Shown here one piece after another: positions 51,156 through 64,000 of a stretch of DNA of 64,000 nucleotides. A program made the position numbers and the translations under genes. Source of the DNA: Octopus sinensis. Lineage: Eukaryota. The DNA lies in contig NC_043017.1 of assembly GCF_006345805.1 (NCBI RefSeq), positions 30,752,001 through 30,816,000 of the forward strand, written 5' to 3'. The first letter of the stretch is position 1. Every line of letters begins with the position of its first letter. The notes beneath the pieces were generated by a model. It had not been told where the DNA came from and ran no database searches. It saw nothing but the letters and a program-made list of their open reading frames with translations.

Positions 51156-52768
51156 GTAAATGTTCTAGGACGGCACTCAGTTGTGAACACAAGGGCTGTC
51201 TAGACGTTCTCTTACTTGTTAAAAATATTGTAGATTTTGCAAAAACTATATGATTATCTCAAAATAACCCATTAATCTGTCCTTGCATTGTTAATGCAAA
51301 TTCAAATATATTAAGCCCCACAAAGCTAGATCATCAGTGTTATACATTATTCGTAACTTTTTTCTCAATACGATATTCCTCATTATTTCATGGACTTAGG
51401 TGTTCACGTGGAAGTCGGCAACAAAAGGATAAAAAGCTGAGGAAGGGAGTCAATACCTTAAAAAAAAAAAACGAAGTAACTGGCAGGAATTTGTACAAAG
51501 TTGATTCTGTGGAGGATCAGGGTTAGGGACAACTGGGAATCCTGGGAGTGCAGCAGTCATAGTGTGGGTGCAGACAATTGGAATTATGAATAATCGTAGG
51601 CAAATTTAGTGTGCAACTTGTTATATCAGAAACATAGAAGTCATTTATGCGATATAGCAAGCAAAATGTAAATTATGAATGCTGTGCAACGATGGATATA
51701 TTTCTAAAATAGAACTGTTTAGCACAAATCTCAGAATAAAGATAAACGAAAACGATTCAAATAGAATTTATAAGAAAATCCAGAAATAAAATTCAAATCT
51801 TCATCATATCACAATAGGGGAAATGGTCAGTGAAAAATATCCGGATATCTGGATTTGACCTAAGCACTGCACATTAAGGAAACACTCGAAAATGGTTTAG
51901 TTTTGTTACTGATTCTTGAGACGAAGTCTACTGCTCCTAGTCTCAAATGACAACTTCATGGAGACGACCAATGAGAATTAAATAGCTGGCTATAATTCAA
52001 CTAAGATAAACAATATTATTTGAAAGTCTAGACTTGATAGTATAAATATCTGCAGTGTATACAGCCGTTGGATATCACACACGTACACAAAAATCTACTA
52101 ATATTTTGATACTAGAATCAATGTTAACAGTCTGAGAACTATTCCTTCTGTTTATACAACCTTAATTTGAATCTAAACAAATGAATTAATAAAATATTTT
52201 AAAATAAAATAGCCGAATAAAAGTTCTTTTCAAAATGTCCATCAAAGTTTATGGTTTGAATTATTAAATGAGACAACAAAAACAAAGCTTTCTTCCTTTT
52301 GGTTCATTTTCGCTGATGTTGGTATTGGTGTTGATGTTTTAATTAAACAAATGAAGACGAACTATTGATTTCATTTTCGCTAAATTGTTATTTTAGAAGA
52401 GCAAAACAAGGTAACACCGATGAGCTGGGTAATTCGGTTGCAATCAGATCAACACTAATGGTATTTTGTTTCACAGACTTTTTTTTACCAAAAAAAACAA
52501 ACAAAAAGAACAGATTATCAAAACAATGTAATTAACACTACACAGAATGCATAAATATCAATTTCATGTTAGGATTTTGTCTGTTATGAATGCTCCAATG
52601 TCAATCCATATTATATAACTCTATATCCAGCTGTACGAAACATATAGAGTTCATGCAATATCATTGTTGTGAGATGTAATGTTATACCGCAAGTATTCTA
52701 TAAGCCTGTTCTACGAATAGAACGGAAACAACACTGCATTCGCTTTATAAAAAAAGTACTTATTGTAC

Positions 52769-52955
52769 AGGCGCAGGAGTGGCTGTGTGGTAAGTAGCTT
52801 GTTTACCAATCACATGGTTCCGGCTTCAATCCCACTGCGTGGCACCTTGGGCAAGTGTCTTCTACTATAGCCTCGGGCCGACCAAAGCCTTGTGAGTGGA
52901 TTTGGTAGACGGAAACTGAAAGAAACCCGTCGTATATATGTATATATATATATAT

Positions 52956-53014
<59 letters not shown>

Positions 53015-53222
53015 TGTGTGTGTTTGTCCTCCTAGCATTGCTTGACAACCGAGGCAGATGTGTTTATGTCCCCGTTACTTAGCGGTTCGGCAAAAAAACC
53101 GATAGAATAAGTACTGGGCTTACAAAAGAATAAGTCCCAGGGTCGAGTTGCTGGATTAAAGGCAGTGCTCCAGCATGGCCGCAGTCAAATGACTGAAACA
53201 AGTAAAAGGGTAAAGAGTAAAG
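52769..53222 (+). mobile_element. SINE family B, full length, near consensus
   Basis: AGGCGCAGGAGTGGCTGTGTGGTAAG..GGCACCTTGGGCAAGTGTCTTCTAC..GACTGAAACAAGTAAAAG. Confidence 0.92.
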
Positions 53223-53609
53223 AATATTGTAACCATGACAATGCAGTGTGAGATACGCCACGCCTTAAACGAGCTAAATATACACAAGTTCATTTCTTTT
53301 TCGAAATAACGGCCAATTTGAAGGTTTAACGAGAATAAAAACGCACACACTACATCGTATCTAATACTACGATAGATTCGATCTCGATGCAGAGTAAAAA
53401 TCCTATTTTTGATTGGCACATATTGAGCTAATTAAAATTTAGAATATTTCCTGTCACTTCCAATACTATCTTTAATTTTATTCAAATATATGTCAATATA
53501 TATTTTATATATGTATTCTATATTTATACATATAGTAAACACATATACACACATTCATATAAAAATAGCACAGATACACAAATAACAGCGAAACAATTAA
53601 TATTTTTAG

Positions 53610-53901
53610 CATTTATTTTGGGATATTTTTGAGCTTAATTATGCTCAACAGGGAATCAATCTCATGGTATAAATACGCCGATAATCAGAATAGAATCAGT
53701 GTACGATGGATATTCATGCACGGATATGTTAAATGTACGTTAAATAAAACTGCGAATAACAATATAAATAACATGCAGTGTTCAATAACGTATGCAGAGT
53801 TCATAGTTTAACTCACAGAGATATACAAACAGAAACGCTTTGACGTTTTTGATATAAGGCGTACATCAGAAGATATATTTGCGGCAGAAAATTCGGCAAC
53901 A
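53610..53901 (+). pseudogene. Degenerate CUB-like exon
   Basis: NNMQCSITYAEFIV*LTEIY..FDVFDIR / RYICGRK; donor ACA/GTAAGT. Confidence 0.4.
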
Positions 53902-53930
53902 GTAAGTGTATTGCAGGTAGAGGCACATGG

Positions 53931-54165
53931 AAGGCGGCGAGCTGGCAGAAACGTTAGCACGCCGGACGAAATGCATAGCCGTATTTCATCTGCCGTTACG
54001 TTCTGAGTTCAAATTCCGCCCAGGTCGACATTGCCTTTCATCCTTTCGGGGTCGATTAAATAAGTACCAGTTGCGCACTGGGGTCGATGTAATCGACTTA
54101 ATCAATGTGTCTGTCCTTGTTAGTCCCCTCTGTTTTTGGCCACTTGTGGGTAGTAAAGAAATAGG
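53931..54165 (+). mobile_element. SINE family A nested in the head of a family C SINE
   Basis: Flanked by AGGT(A/G)GAGGCACATGG at 53915-53930 and 54163-54178. Confidence 0.88.
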
Positions 54166-54450
54166 TGGAGGCACATGGCCTAGTGGTTAGAGCAGGAGAC
54201 TCGCGGTCGAGGGATCGCGGGTTCTCAGACCGGGCGATGTTTGTATTTATGACCGAAACACCTAAGCTCCACGCGGCCCCGGCAGAAGTTAATGGTGAAC
54301 ATCTGCTGACTCTTTCGCCACAACTCTCTCTCTCACTCTTTCCTCCTGCATCTTGCATCTCACCTGCGACAGACCGGCATCCAGGCCAAGTGGGGAACCT
54401 ATACGCCAAGGAAAGCGGGAAACCGGCCCTATGAGCTAGGAGTGGCCAGG
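54163..54450 (+). mobile_element. tRNA-headed SINE (family C)
   Basis: Homologous to 1919-2215. Confidence 0.85.
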
Positions 54451-54634
54451 CGTGGCTCGAAAATTAACAAACTACAAGTGTATTTCAGACATATTTTCAA
54501 TCGTATCTCGAAATTAGTTCCCTTTGTAAAAAAGTACTTGCTGAAGATTTTATATCTTAAACGTTATGACAAATGTTAGCTGGATAACTTTTTATCAGAT
54601 GAGTGACAAATGTGACGACTTAGAAACCCATATA

Positions 54635-54812
54635 CTGCTTGACAACCGATGCTGGTGTGTTCATGTCCCCGTCACTTAGCAGTTCTGCAAAAGAGACCGA
54701 TAGAATAAGTACTGGGCTTACAAAGAATAAGTCCCGGGGTCGAGTTGCTCGATTAAAGGCGGTGCACCAGCATGGCCGCAGTCAAAATGACTGAAACAAG
54801 TAAAAAGAGAAA
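54635..54812 (+). mobile_element. SINE family B, 3' half
   Basis: CTTGACAACCGATGCTGGTGTG..GACTGAAACAAGTAAAAAG. Confidence 0.85.
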
Positions 54813-54843
54813 AAAAGAAAAAGATATATATATATATATATAT

Positions 54844-55156
54844 ATATTTAAAATGAATAAAAAAATGGAGTCGAACGAGGATTTTTACACAATTCCTTTA
54901 ATTTCAACACATGTTTCGAAGACTGCATATTCTTAATTCTGAAGGAATAAGGTGCATTATGCCGTCTTCTCATCAGGAATCCTCGTTCGACTCTATTCTT
55001 TTATTCATTTTAAATATTACACAAATTACCACACAAGAAGACGGAGTTTCTACCCTTGGCATGTAGCGTCAACCGTGTTTTCTGACGTGAATTTGATACC
55101 CAGGTATCGGTTAACCGAATTATCAATACTAGGATAATTCATTCCCCTACTTAAAT
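54844..55156. mobile_element. PLE-like fold-back mini-element (family 4) in (TA)n
   Basis: Inverted pair 54844-54883/54978-55017; tail 55018-55156 shared with ~1300-1446. Confidence 0.75.
54903..54979 (-). ncRNA. Type I hammerhead motif with extended stem II
   Basis: TTC CTGATGA GAAGACGGCATA..TATGCAGTCTTC GAAAC ATGT GTT GAA; GUU triplet. Confidence 0.65.
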
Positions 55157-55162
55157 ATATAT

Positions 55163-55209
<47 letters not shown>

Positions 55210-55211
<2 letters not shown>

Positions 55212-55584
55212 TAGCAGTATCGCCCGGCGTTGCTCGGGTTTGTAAGGGAAATAACTATAAAGCATTTTTAGAGAGTTATAGCCAAAAAATGGAAAAGAAA
55301 TGATGGTAATTTTTTTTTTTAGTTATAAAGGTCGAGTTGCGTCCCCTAGACAGTCTGTGGTTTGTGTTTCTGATTCTCGACCCCATGTCGAATTTTTCGA
55401 TTTTTTTCAGAACTGGGGGAACTTTTCAAAATTTTCGCTGCGTTAGTTTTGAATTATGACATTGGGCTATGTGTGTGTCAAGTTTCATCAGAATCCGTTG
55501 AAAGCCGTGGTCAGGGTGAGGGTACAACGTGACATACACACAGACACACACACAGACAAACTGCCGTTTATATATATAGAGAGA
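55210..55584 (+). mobile_element. Helitron/Helentron-associated non-autonomous element (HINE/Lep1-like)
   Basis: 5' ACTAG plus short inverted motif CCCGGCGTTGCTCGGG; AAGTTTCATCAGAATCCG; (CAGA/CA)n; 3' TTTATATATATAGA. Confidence 0.6.
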
Positions 55585-56169
55585 TATAAGCACTCACACA
55601 TACATATGGTCGTATACACACAATGTCAATTTTGCGTGTTTCGAAATCCAGTTACAAAAAAGAAAATGACATCAACTACTCGGCAAAGTGCCAAAGCACT
55701 AAGAACTTTGTTCATCCAAAACATTTAAGTAATTACTTAATGTTAATTAAGTTCGAAGCCTGAAATGTGTACTGGTACGTAGGGTTTCTGTTGCTGTTTA
55801 AGTTCAACTGTGACTGTCGTCGTAGTAGTGGCGATATCAATATTTGATTCTCATAGTAATGAAGTAGGTGAATGTATTGATGTTTAGAGTCTGGGCGGTG
55901 AGGGTGGGGTTTTCAAAAGTTTAATTGAAATATCACTTCAAATATAAAACCAGATTTTCATTATATGTATTGTTCTATAGCCACAAGCCAATGAGCATCA
56001 CGTGTTTCTTCTTGGTCAATGTAAAAGGAATCATATTATCTCAACTAATGTTCTTGTCTCTGATACATTGTTTGCAATATGGACGCGATAATATATAAGG
56101 GTTGAAACGTCTAAGCTAGACAAAATATACTCTGATCCTTAATTTTCATACTTATCCACATACAGAATA

Positions 56170-56473
56170 ACATTTGAGCAATGGAAAAAAAATTATGGTA
56201 AATTTTTTAAAAATCGTTGACTCATCGTAGACATTTTTAGAGAGTTACTTCCCTTATATTTAAAAAATATGCATTAAAATGAAAACAAATTATGGTAAAT
56301 TATTTTTAAAATCGTAGACTCATCGTAGACGCGCGCTAATACCCAGAAGAGCTCGATATGAATCACGACTATAAGATACCCGGTTTTGGTTAAACTGCAC
56401 CGCAATATGTGGGAGTAGTTAGAAATCTAAATCGAAGGGGACAGACACACAACCTTACTTTTATATATAAAGA
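56170..56473 (+). mobile_element. Related HINE-like 3' fragment with ~42-bp internal duplication
   Basis: Shares CATTTTTAGAGAGTTA with 55263; AAATTATGGTAAAT..CTCATCGTAGAC occurs twice; ends ACAGACACACAA..TTTTATATATAAAGAT. Confidence 0.5.
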
Positions 56474-56799
56474 TATTGTCGCTCAGGAAAAAAAGGTGGG
56501 TCACAAAAGATCATTCTGAAAACTGAGTCAATGGTTCTACAAGTGTTCCTGATCTTAAAATTGGGAGAAGTGTAGAAGTTGTCTGTTGCTCTGTGTTAGA
56601 TTTGCATCCCACGGGTGGACGATATCTATGGCACCACATAGCTTTCTGCGAACATCATGAAAGCATAAGCCCCAAGCCGATTATTATATGGGAGTATATA
56701 TACGGTTGAGCTTACTGTGAAAAAGACGTTCTGTTTGTGAAAGATCTAAGAAACGCAACCACAAACACACACAGAGACGCAGACACTCAAAAACAGACA

Positions 56800-57605
<806 letters not shown>

Positions 57606-57669
57606 GAATGAGAGGTGGGTAGAAATAGAAGAAGGAAAACAAAAAAAAACTGACTTGCCATTACCTTAG

Positions 57670-57900
57670 AAAATTTGGAGATGAGAACATTAAGATGGTA
57701 ATTTCACTCACCAGAGGGCTACCTTTGTTGGGAATAGGATACACACTAAGGAGAGCTTACAACTTCCAAGATTTATCTATGTAGGGAGAATGCAACATAT
57801 GTAATCATCGCTGCTATATGTGCACATATGAAGTGCAAATAAATATGGTTCTGGATTTTAATTTTCTAAACTCCCAATATATATTTGGTTATTATCAATA
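57670..57900 (+). pseudogene. Degenerate CUB-like exon
   Basis: CCTTAG acceptor; DGNF / SPEGY / AYNFQDLSM*GEC. Confidence 0.4.
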
Positions 57901-58264
57901 AAAGATCAAAGATAAATTTGCTATATAAATTTGCTCTCTATCTATATATGATAGATATTGGCAGCTAAATATAGTAGAAATTACAGCTTTCAGTCTTAGG
58001 AATAGATGGAAACACTAGACGATATAATCCTAGATATACTAAGTATAAGAAGAGAGAATGAGGAAATCATCATATTTAAGAAACTTCTTGGAGTTTAGCT
58101 TGGCTAAATCACCATGATACGTAGCTAAATAATAATAGTGTGAGGCAAATAACTTGTAGCTAGATACGTTTGCAATTGTACAGGCTGAAAAGCATCTTAA
58201 TCGAGTCTCGTTTTCATGTGTTTTAGACTTGTATACCATGTCCCGAATGCAGTATATTATACAT

Positions 58265-59390
58265 TACGAGGTTCATTCCAGAAATTTTGTGACTTCTTCA
58301 AGAGAACTGTTTATTAATTTCTAAGAAATTCAGAAAACTCCAATCACTTTCAAATTACGATCCTCCGACTTCGCTATTTTTGTTGTAGCAACCTATCCAC
58401 TTCATACAGTACTCACGGAAGTCTCCCACAGTTAAAAGGGTCCAGGAGTCCTGTCGCATCATCTTTCTTCCTCTCAATGTTTCCAAAAGGATTACCACGA
58501 TGAGGTTGTCTTTCATTGAGGGAGAAAAAAACAACAATGTGTCACACGGAGACAGGTTTAGAATGTAGGGAATTAAATGACAGGTTTTTATTCTCATCTC
58601 TGTCACGTATTTAGTTATCATAAACTGTGCACTGGTTTCTTGTTCCCGTGCAGATGCTTCCGACCCGAGTGGAAGCGCTCGGGCGTTTTGCAGCGAAATA
58701 TTTTACTGAAGTCCCTCATAACCTCCACAAAGTATAATTTGCTGATCATCTGGTCAGAGGGAACACTGCAGATGTTGATAATGCTCCTGCTGTCGAAAAT
58801 GGGTATCATCATGTTCTTCGTGGCAGACATATTTTGCTTCATATTCTTGGTTCTTCGGGGACCCGGATGCCACTGTTGGACACTCTATTCATTGATGTGT
58901 GCGTCATAACAGATCCATCTTTAGTCACAGGTCACAGATATTCAAATTCTCTTGGGCTGGAGGTATTGAGCTCAGACAGCTCCCTGTCGTCACCAACACA
59001 TATATTTTCTCTTGGTCACTGAGCACCCTGGGAACCAAATTTACGTAAATTTCACGCATGTTCCGATCATCTTTGTACAATTCCTACACCAAGAACCAGC
59101 TGTTCTTATTGTTTTCATAGACTCACGACAATCTTCATCTAAGTAATTGCGAAGTTTTCCAAATAGCTCCAATATTCTGAGGCCCTTCTTCCTCACACAG
59201 CTCCCATCGTCTCTCATTTCATCTCTACTATATTTGAGCCTCTTGAGCCGGTGAAAATATTATTCTCGTCTCATACAAGTTGTTTCATGTGCTGCCGAGA
59301 TTACTTCATAGATGCTTTCAGTGCCGTTTTTGCCTAGATTATCACTAATCTTTCTTGAGTAGCGAGGTTCCAAGTTGTCCTCATGTACCG
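58265..59390 (-). pseudogene. mariner transposon relic
   Basis: LGKNGTESIYE; MMIPIFDSRSII..VPSDQMISKLYFVEVMRDFSKIFRCKTPE..HGNKKPVHS; IPYILNLSPCD; TIR-like TACGAGGTTCATTCCAGAAA at 58265. Confidence 0.8.
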
Positions 59391-59479
59391 ATTGCATTTT
59401 GGAAACTAGCTAACTGATATCAGCACTGATGTTCAGAATTATATGTCGCTCAACAAAGTACAAGAACAGGGTGGTTAAT

Positions 59480-59703
59480 AATTCTTACGAGAACCTGAGG
59501 CTGTCTAGCGATATACTTGTTCTACTATTTTGGTTCTAGATACCAGCGAGAGCAAGGAATCTAACGGCAGGTATATCGGTGTCAGTCTTTCATATTGTCA
59601 GAGTGGTGACATTCATTTATTGAAAACTACATCTATTACACAACACAAATATCGACAAACATTTACGTACATTTCATTCTATATTCAAACTATAAATATC
59701 AAG
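59480..59703 (+). pseudogene. Degenerate CUB-like segment
   Basis: CSTILVLDTSESKESNGRYIGVSL..QSGDIHLLKTTS. Confidence 0.4.
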
Positions 59704-59816
59704 GTTTCTTTTCTTATGTTGAGTCATTTTCGCAACATTTCTGTAAAGTGATTCTTTATTTGGATGATTACTATTTTGTACAATTATTTATCATGATATA
59801 TTTTCTTTTATTGTAG

Positions 59817-59863
59817 GTGACATTACTTATAGTTACCACTCAATTACAAATAAAAAAGAAGAG
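59817..59863 (+). other. Candidate 47-nt exon with strong splice signals
   Basis: TTTTCTTTTATTGTAG / (G)DITYSYHSITNKKEE / GTAAGT; open in phase 1 to 0. Confidence 0.4.
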
Positions 59864-60121
59864 GTAAGTTGATATCTCATTGAAATCTCATTGGTATCTC
59901 ATTGAAATAACGCTACACTTTGCTTTATGCTTTGAACATGTTAACTTTCGTGGTTTCAACCAAAGTGGGAACGAACACAACTCCTGCAAGTGATTGGCCT
60001 GAAAAATTGTTAAGATATGATATTTCTTTAAAACGAAACTAATGGTATCTTAATACATAGAAATTTTATCCATTAATGCAGTGTTGAGTACTCATACGCA
60101 TTCTTCGACATTCACTTGTAC

Positions 60122-60154
<33 letters not shown>

Positions 60155-60175
60155 ATATAATATATATATATATAT

Positions 60176-60264
<89 letters not shown>

Positions 60265-60269
<5 letters not shown>

Positions 60270-60590
60270 TCAGTGGTTAGAGCGTCGAGCTTACGATCGT
60301 GAGGTTGTGAGCTCGAATCCCGGACCGGGCTGCGTGTTGTGTTCTCGAGCAAGGCACTTTATTTCACGTTGCTCCAGTTCACTCAGCTGTAGAAATGAGT
60401 TGCGACGTCACAGGTGCCAAGGTGTATCGACCTTTGTCTTTCCCTTGGATAACACTGGTGGCGTGGAGAGGGGAGGCTGGTATGCATGGGCGACTGCTAG
60501 CCTTCCATAAACAACCTTGCCCGGACTTGTGTCTAGGAGGGTAACTTTCTAGGTGCAATCCCAAGGTCATTCATGACCGAAGGGGGTCTT
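60265..60590 (+). mobile_element. tRNA-headed SINE (family C-related, distinct 3' body)
   Basis: TGGCTCAGTGGTTAGAGCG..GCTCGAATCCC..GAGCAAGGCACTTTATTTCACGTTGCTCCAG. Confidence 0.85.
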
Positions 60591-62104
60591 TTATATATAC
60601 ACATATATATCAACTCCGCTTACACCTTGATAGTGAGCATCTAGTGCGGTTTACATAGTGTATGTAGTTTCACTAATCCTATAAATAATGTAAAGTAACT
60701 AATTCGCAGACAAGAGCGAAAATATCCAAAGTTCTTTTCCGAACGCATGGAAACAAATACAAAAATAGTATTCATTGAATTACGTCTTTCTTCGCCGCGT
60801 AATAATTTTTAGTTTGACTGGAAATGCTCCCTACAGTATATGTTAACGCCAAGCTATTACTTTTTCGTGCAAGGTGCTGTTCATAAATTATTGAGAGAAA
60901 GTTTGATCATAAAAACATCAAGCAATCGGCACAGTCTATTTCACAAATGTGCAATAAAATAAATGTTTTACATATTTCTTTTATGTCAGACATTTATCAA
61001 AGTCGCGGGTCAACAAGGGGCTTCACAATCATCACACACGAGAAAACACATTTATATACAAATTTTTTACTGTTACGGTCATAACCTTCATTTGTGTTGT
61101 TGTTGCATGCAGGGAGGCGATTAAATGCAGACTTCAATAGATAATTTTTTTTATTTCGTCTCATTTAAACTATAATATTATTTCTGTTCATATTGCACTG
61201 ACATGGTAGACGAAATAAAATTCGAAGTGAGGTAGTTTAAATTTAACAAAATGTCTTAGCTAATTCTTGTAATAAAACACGATAATAAAATGACGTAATT
61301 GTAATAACATTAGCATAGTCGCCATTTGTTGCAAATTGTACAGAATTATATTTTAGTGGGCGCAATATTAGCTTTGTGGTAAATGCGTAGGCTTACAGAC
61401 CGGTTGTGTCACATATTCGACGCATTTTCTTTCTAAAAATATACGATGCAAACTCTATTTCGTCGACGGAAACTTTGTGACGCCTTTCTCATATGTGTGA
61501 CTGTGTTTTAGTCTGTATCACAGTTCTTCTAAACCACCTCTCTGAATTTGTGCCTTTCGTCGATCAAGGCCAACACAGGCTACCCTTGGTTAGAGGACCA
61601 TCTAACTAGGGCGGTGTAGTGCATTTTCGGAACAGCAAGAAAGTTAGCTTGGATGGAGTATGGGCATTCATTTCTGATTTTCGCCATCTGGTTTCAAAAG
61701 CGTCTTAACCTTCTTGGTTACTAAACATATAGTATTGAACCAGCATCGTAAACCATAGATGCGTTTACACTAGTCCCGAATTTTGAATGCATTCGTTTCA
61801 GGTCCACTCTTTGCTTATACCTCATTCTGCTATTTACATAAGTCAGGCAATCCTCGTAAACTGTCGCGAGAACTGCTTCCCGTCATGATTAGAATATAAA
61901 ATAAACGCATATAAGCTCACATACGCACAGACACACACACACACACGAATGCACATACACACACTCACTCAATAATACGTACACACGCACATACACACAA
62001 AAAGGAAAGTATGTGCACTCAATCACACAAAGTGACATATGTGCGTATATATATTTCAACGATTTTTCTTCGCTGTTCTTTAGACTGAGCGATCTTTTTT
62101 CCAG

Positions 62105-62296
62105 ACCTAGTTGGTTCGAATTCGTGCATTCTTCTGTCACTTCGGTTCCCATCAAGGCCATAGGCAAACGTGTCATTATCTTTATGAAGAGGTGGCCTAT
62201 ATTAGTTTGACCTCTACCCTTCGACTATTCCACAGATGTTCTAACAAAAGCTTGCGATCCGCTGGATCATTCACACACATGCCACACCACGGATAG
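62105..62296 (+). pseudogene. Degenerate CUB-like exon
   Basis: TTTTTTCCAG acceptor; SVPIKAIGKRVIIF / TCHYLYEEV..RLFHRCSNKSLRSAGS. Confidence 0.4.
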
Positions 62297-62949
62297 AACT
62301 AAATATGGCGGAGGATATATGTGTGTATGTGTTGTAATGTGTGGGGATCTTATGTGAAGTGTGTGAGTGTGTGTGAGAGAGTGTGCGTGTATCTGTGTGT
62401 GTAGTCATATCTCTTAATTGAAAGGAACATACGTAATCGAACCCAAAATATCCAAAGTCTTGCTGTTGGAATTGATGGGATTGTCTGTGTAAATTAAAAT
62501 AGAGGAAACTAAATATCACACAAATTGATTTTTTTCAACACCCAAGGGGACATGCTTCAAATCGATATTCACTGTTCGAACTGAAAAGATATTCTACCCG
62601 TTACATATCACGTAATCGATCTTGCATTCGGAAGATGAAGTCATATCATAATGCAAAACATTTCGCTTTAAGATGATACATTGAATTTGACAAATGCAAA
62701 GTTCTGCTACATCCGTTTTCCATATCTATCCAACTATGTGAAAACATATATAACAGCACAAAATGAGCTCCACTGATAAAAGAAATCTTAACCGATATCA
62801 CATCAGCAATACTAGCTATGCAGTTGATGCTTGGTATTTGGAAACATACAAACCAAAATATCTTCACATTCATTTGACATAGTGCAGCAACTGGAGCAAA
62901 TGTTCTCCTCTGTATCCCTGGGAATATCTCTAAACTACTCTTCTATCTT

Positions 62950-63400
62950 GGCTACCAAGTCGGTTCTGGTATTCTAAGCCCCGCACAAAAATTACAAACG
63001 GGGGATTTAGGAGGCCAGAAATTGGGGCAAAAAGAAGAATCCTGCTCTCACACTTCTGGATGTGCAGCAATCCTCTTCAACCAGGGATTAACCACAGTCT
63101 CCTGCAGTTTCCCGTGAGAGTCTGACTTAAGCCTAAAGCTCTTTTCAATGATGTACGGGCAAATCCCGTCGTGCATAGGCGGTAAGAGTGTCTCTTCCAG
63201 CCAGCTGGCCACGGCTTCGGAGTTTCCATTGCAGCTGTACATGACGCGTCTTACCACATTTCCAGTATTCACAAATCTCTGAGATGCCATGTTGTCGGCA
63301 TTCTGACACCCGGCACAAATTTTCATGATATACGAAATTCTTTTCCATTATTCAGAGAGAATCCAATCCTCCATGTCAGCTTTTTGTGAACTACAACTTT
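62950..63400 (-). pseudogene. Tc1/mariner (maT/DD37D-like) transposase relic
   Basis: PYIIEKSFRLKSD..LQETVVNPWLKRIAA..V*EQDS..PNFWPPKSPVCN, compared with WQQDSAP and WPPNSPDLNP. Confidence 0.7.
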
Positions 63401-64000
63401 AATAAATATATGTTCTCCGCTATCTATTCACCTATACATCAAACTTTTACTGAAAAAAGTAACATAAAATGTTGTCTAATTTAGGCCGATTACCCTGAAT
63501 ATATCCCAATTTAAATGGAAATTGATGATGTACAATATTTACTGCCTTATGTCGCGAGAAAATGTTTAATACTTTGACTTATTGTAAGTATGTTCACACT
63601 GTGAGCTGAGAACAACTGTGAATGTTATGGGCTGCGTGGCATTTATGATATATAGTACTAAATTGGAAAAGTGGATCGCATATTGCTGACGCTACTTTGT
63701 ATAGGGTATTTTCATTTCCTAATCCTTAAATTTTTTTAGGGAAACCTGTTTTGGTGCCAGACAATTTTACACAATGTAATTGTTTTAATGATTTCGTGAA
63801 TTGTTAGGCGGAAAAGTCCATATATGTTTTAGATGTTACTTTTGTTTAACGATTATACTTTTATTTAATTTCGATTGATCTCTTGCCAGAGTTCATAATT
63901 GAAGAGGAAGGGAACGATAATGACATTGATTGTAGAGAAAATCCACAGAAGAAATTAAGTCCACATAAATCTGCTTAAAAATTAGATTTCTGCAGAAATG

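Noticed and set aside
61480-61860. Possible RTE LINE 3' relic on the minus strand
   Set aside because: Only a weak LA.DR..WR-like stretch; insufficient to call

Overview
AT-rich, microsatellite-saturated animal genomic DNA, very probably a coleoid cephalopod (Octopus-like). This is inferred from the tRNA-derived SINE families and the (TA)n/(CA)n/(GATA)n/(AAT)n load. No intact long CDS, rRNA, true tRNA or CRISPR array is visible, and nearly all track ORFs are microsatellite translations or repeat fragments. Contents: (1) about 30 copies of three tRNA-headed SINE families. (2) Five Tc1/mariner relics, two Helitron/HINE-like elements and one MITE. (3) About 17 degenerate, + strand, partly splice-site-flanked segments translating to CUB-domain-like peptides, read as a decayed multi-CUB (cubilin-like) gene or cluster at moderate confidence. 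(4) The main signal, a set of unrelated fold-back insertions in (TA)n tracts. They have outward-facing 3' ends and a one-sided tail, and most carry minimal type I hammerhead ribozyme (HHR) motifs with palindromic helix III. They include a 1.86-kb tandem-plus-inverted array of a ~350-nt unit with one canonical GUC hammerhead per unit (retrozyme-like, 48611-50470), and a 5.5-kb element with ~1.25-kb inverted arms around a Penelope-type GIY-YIG endonuclease relic (4741-10244). All alignments and folds were done by eye. Coordinates of degenerate features are approximate.
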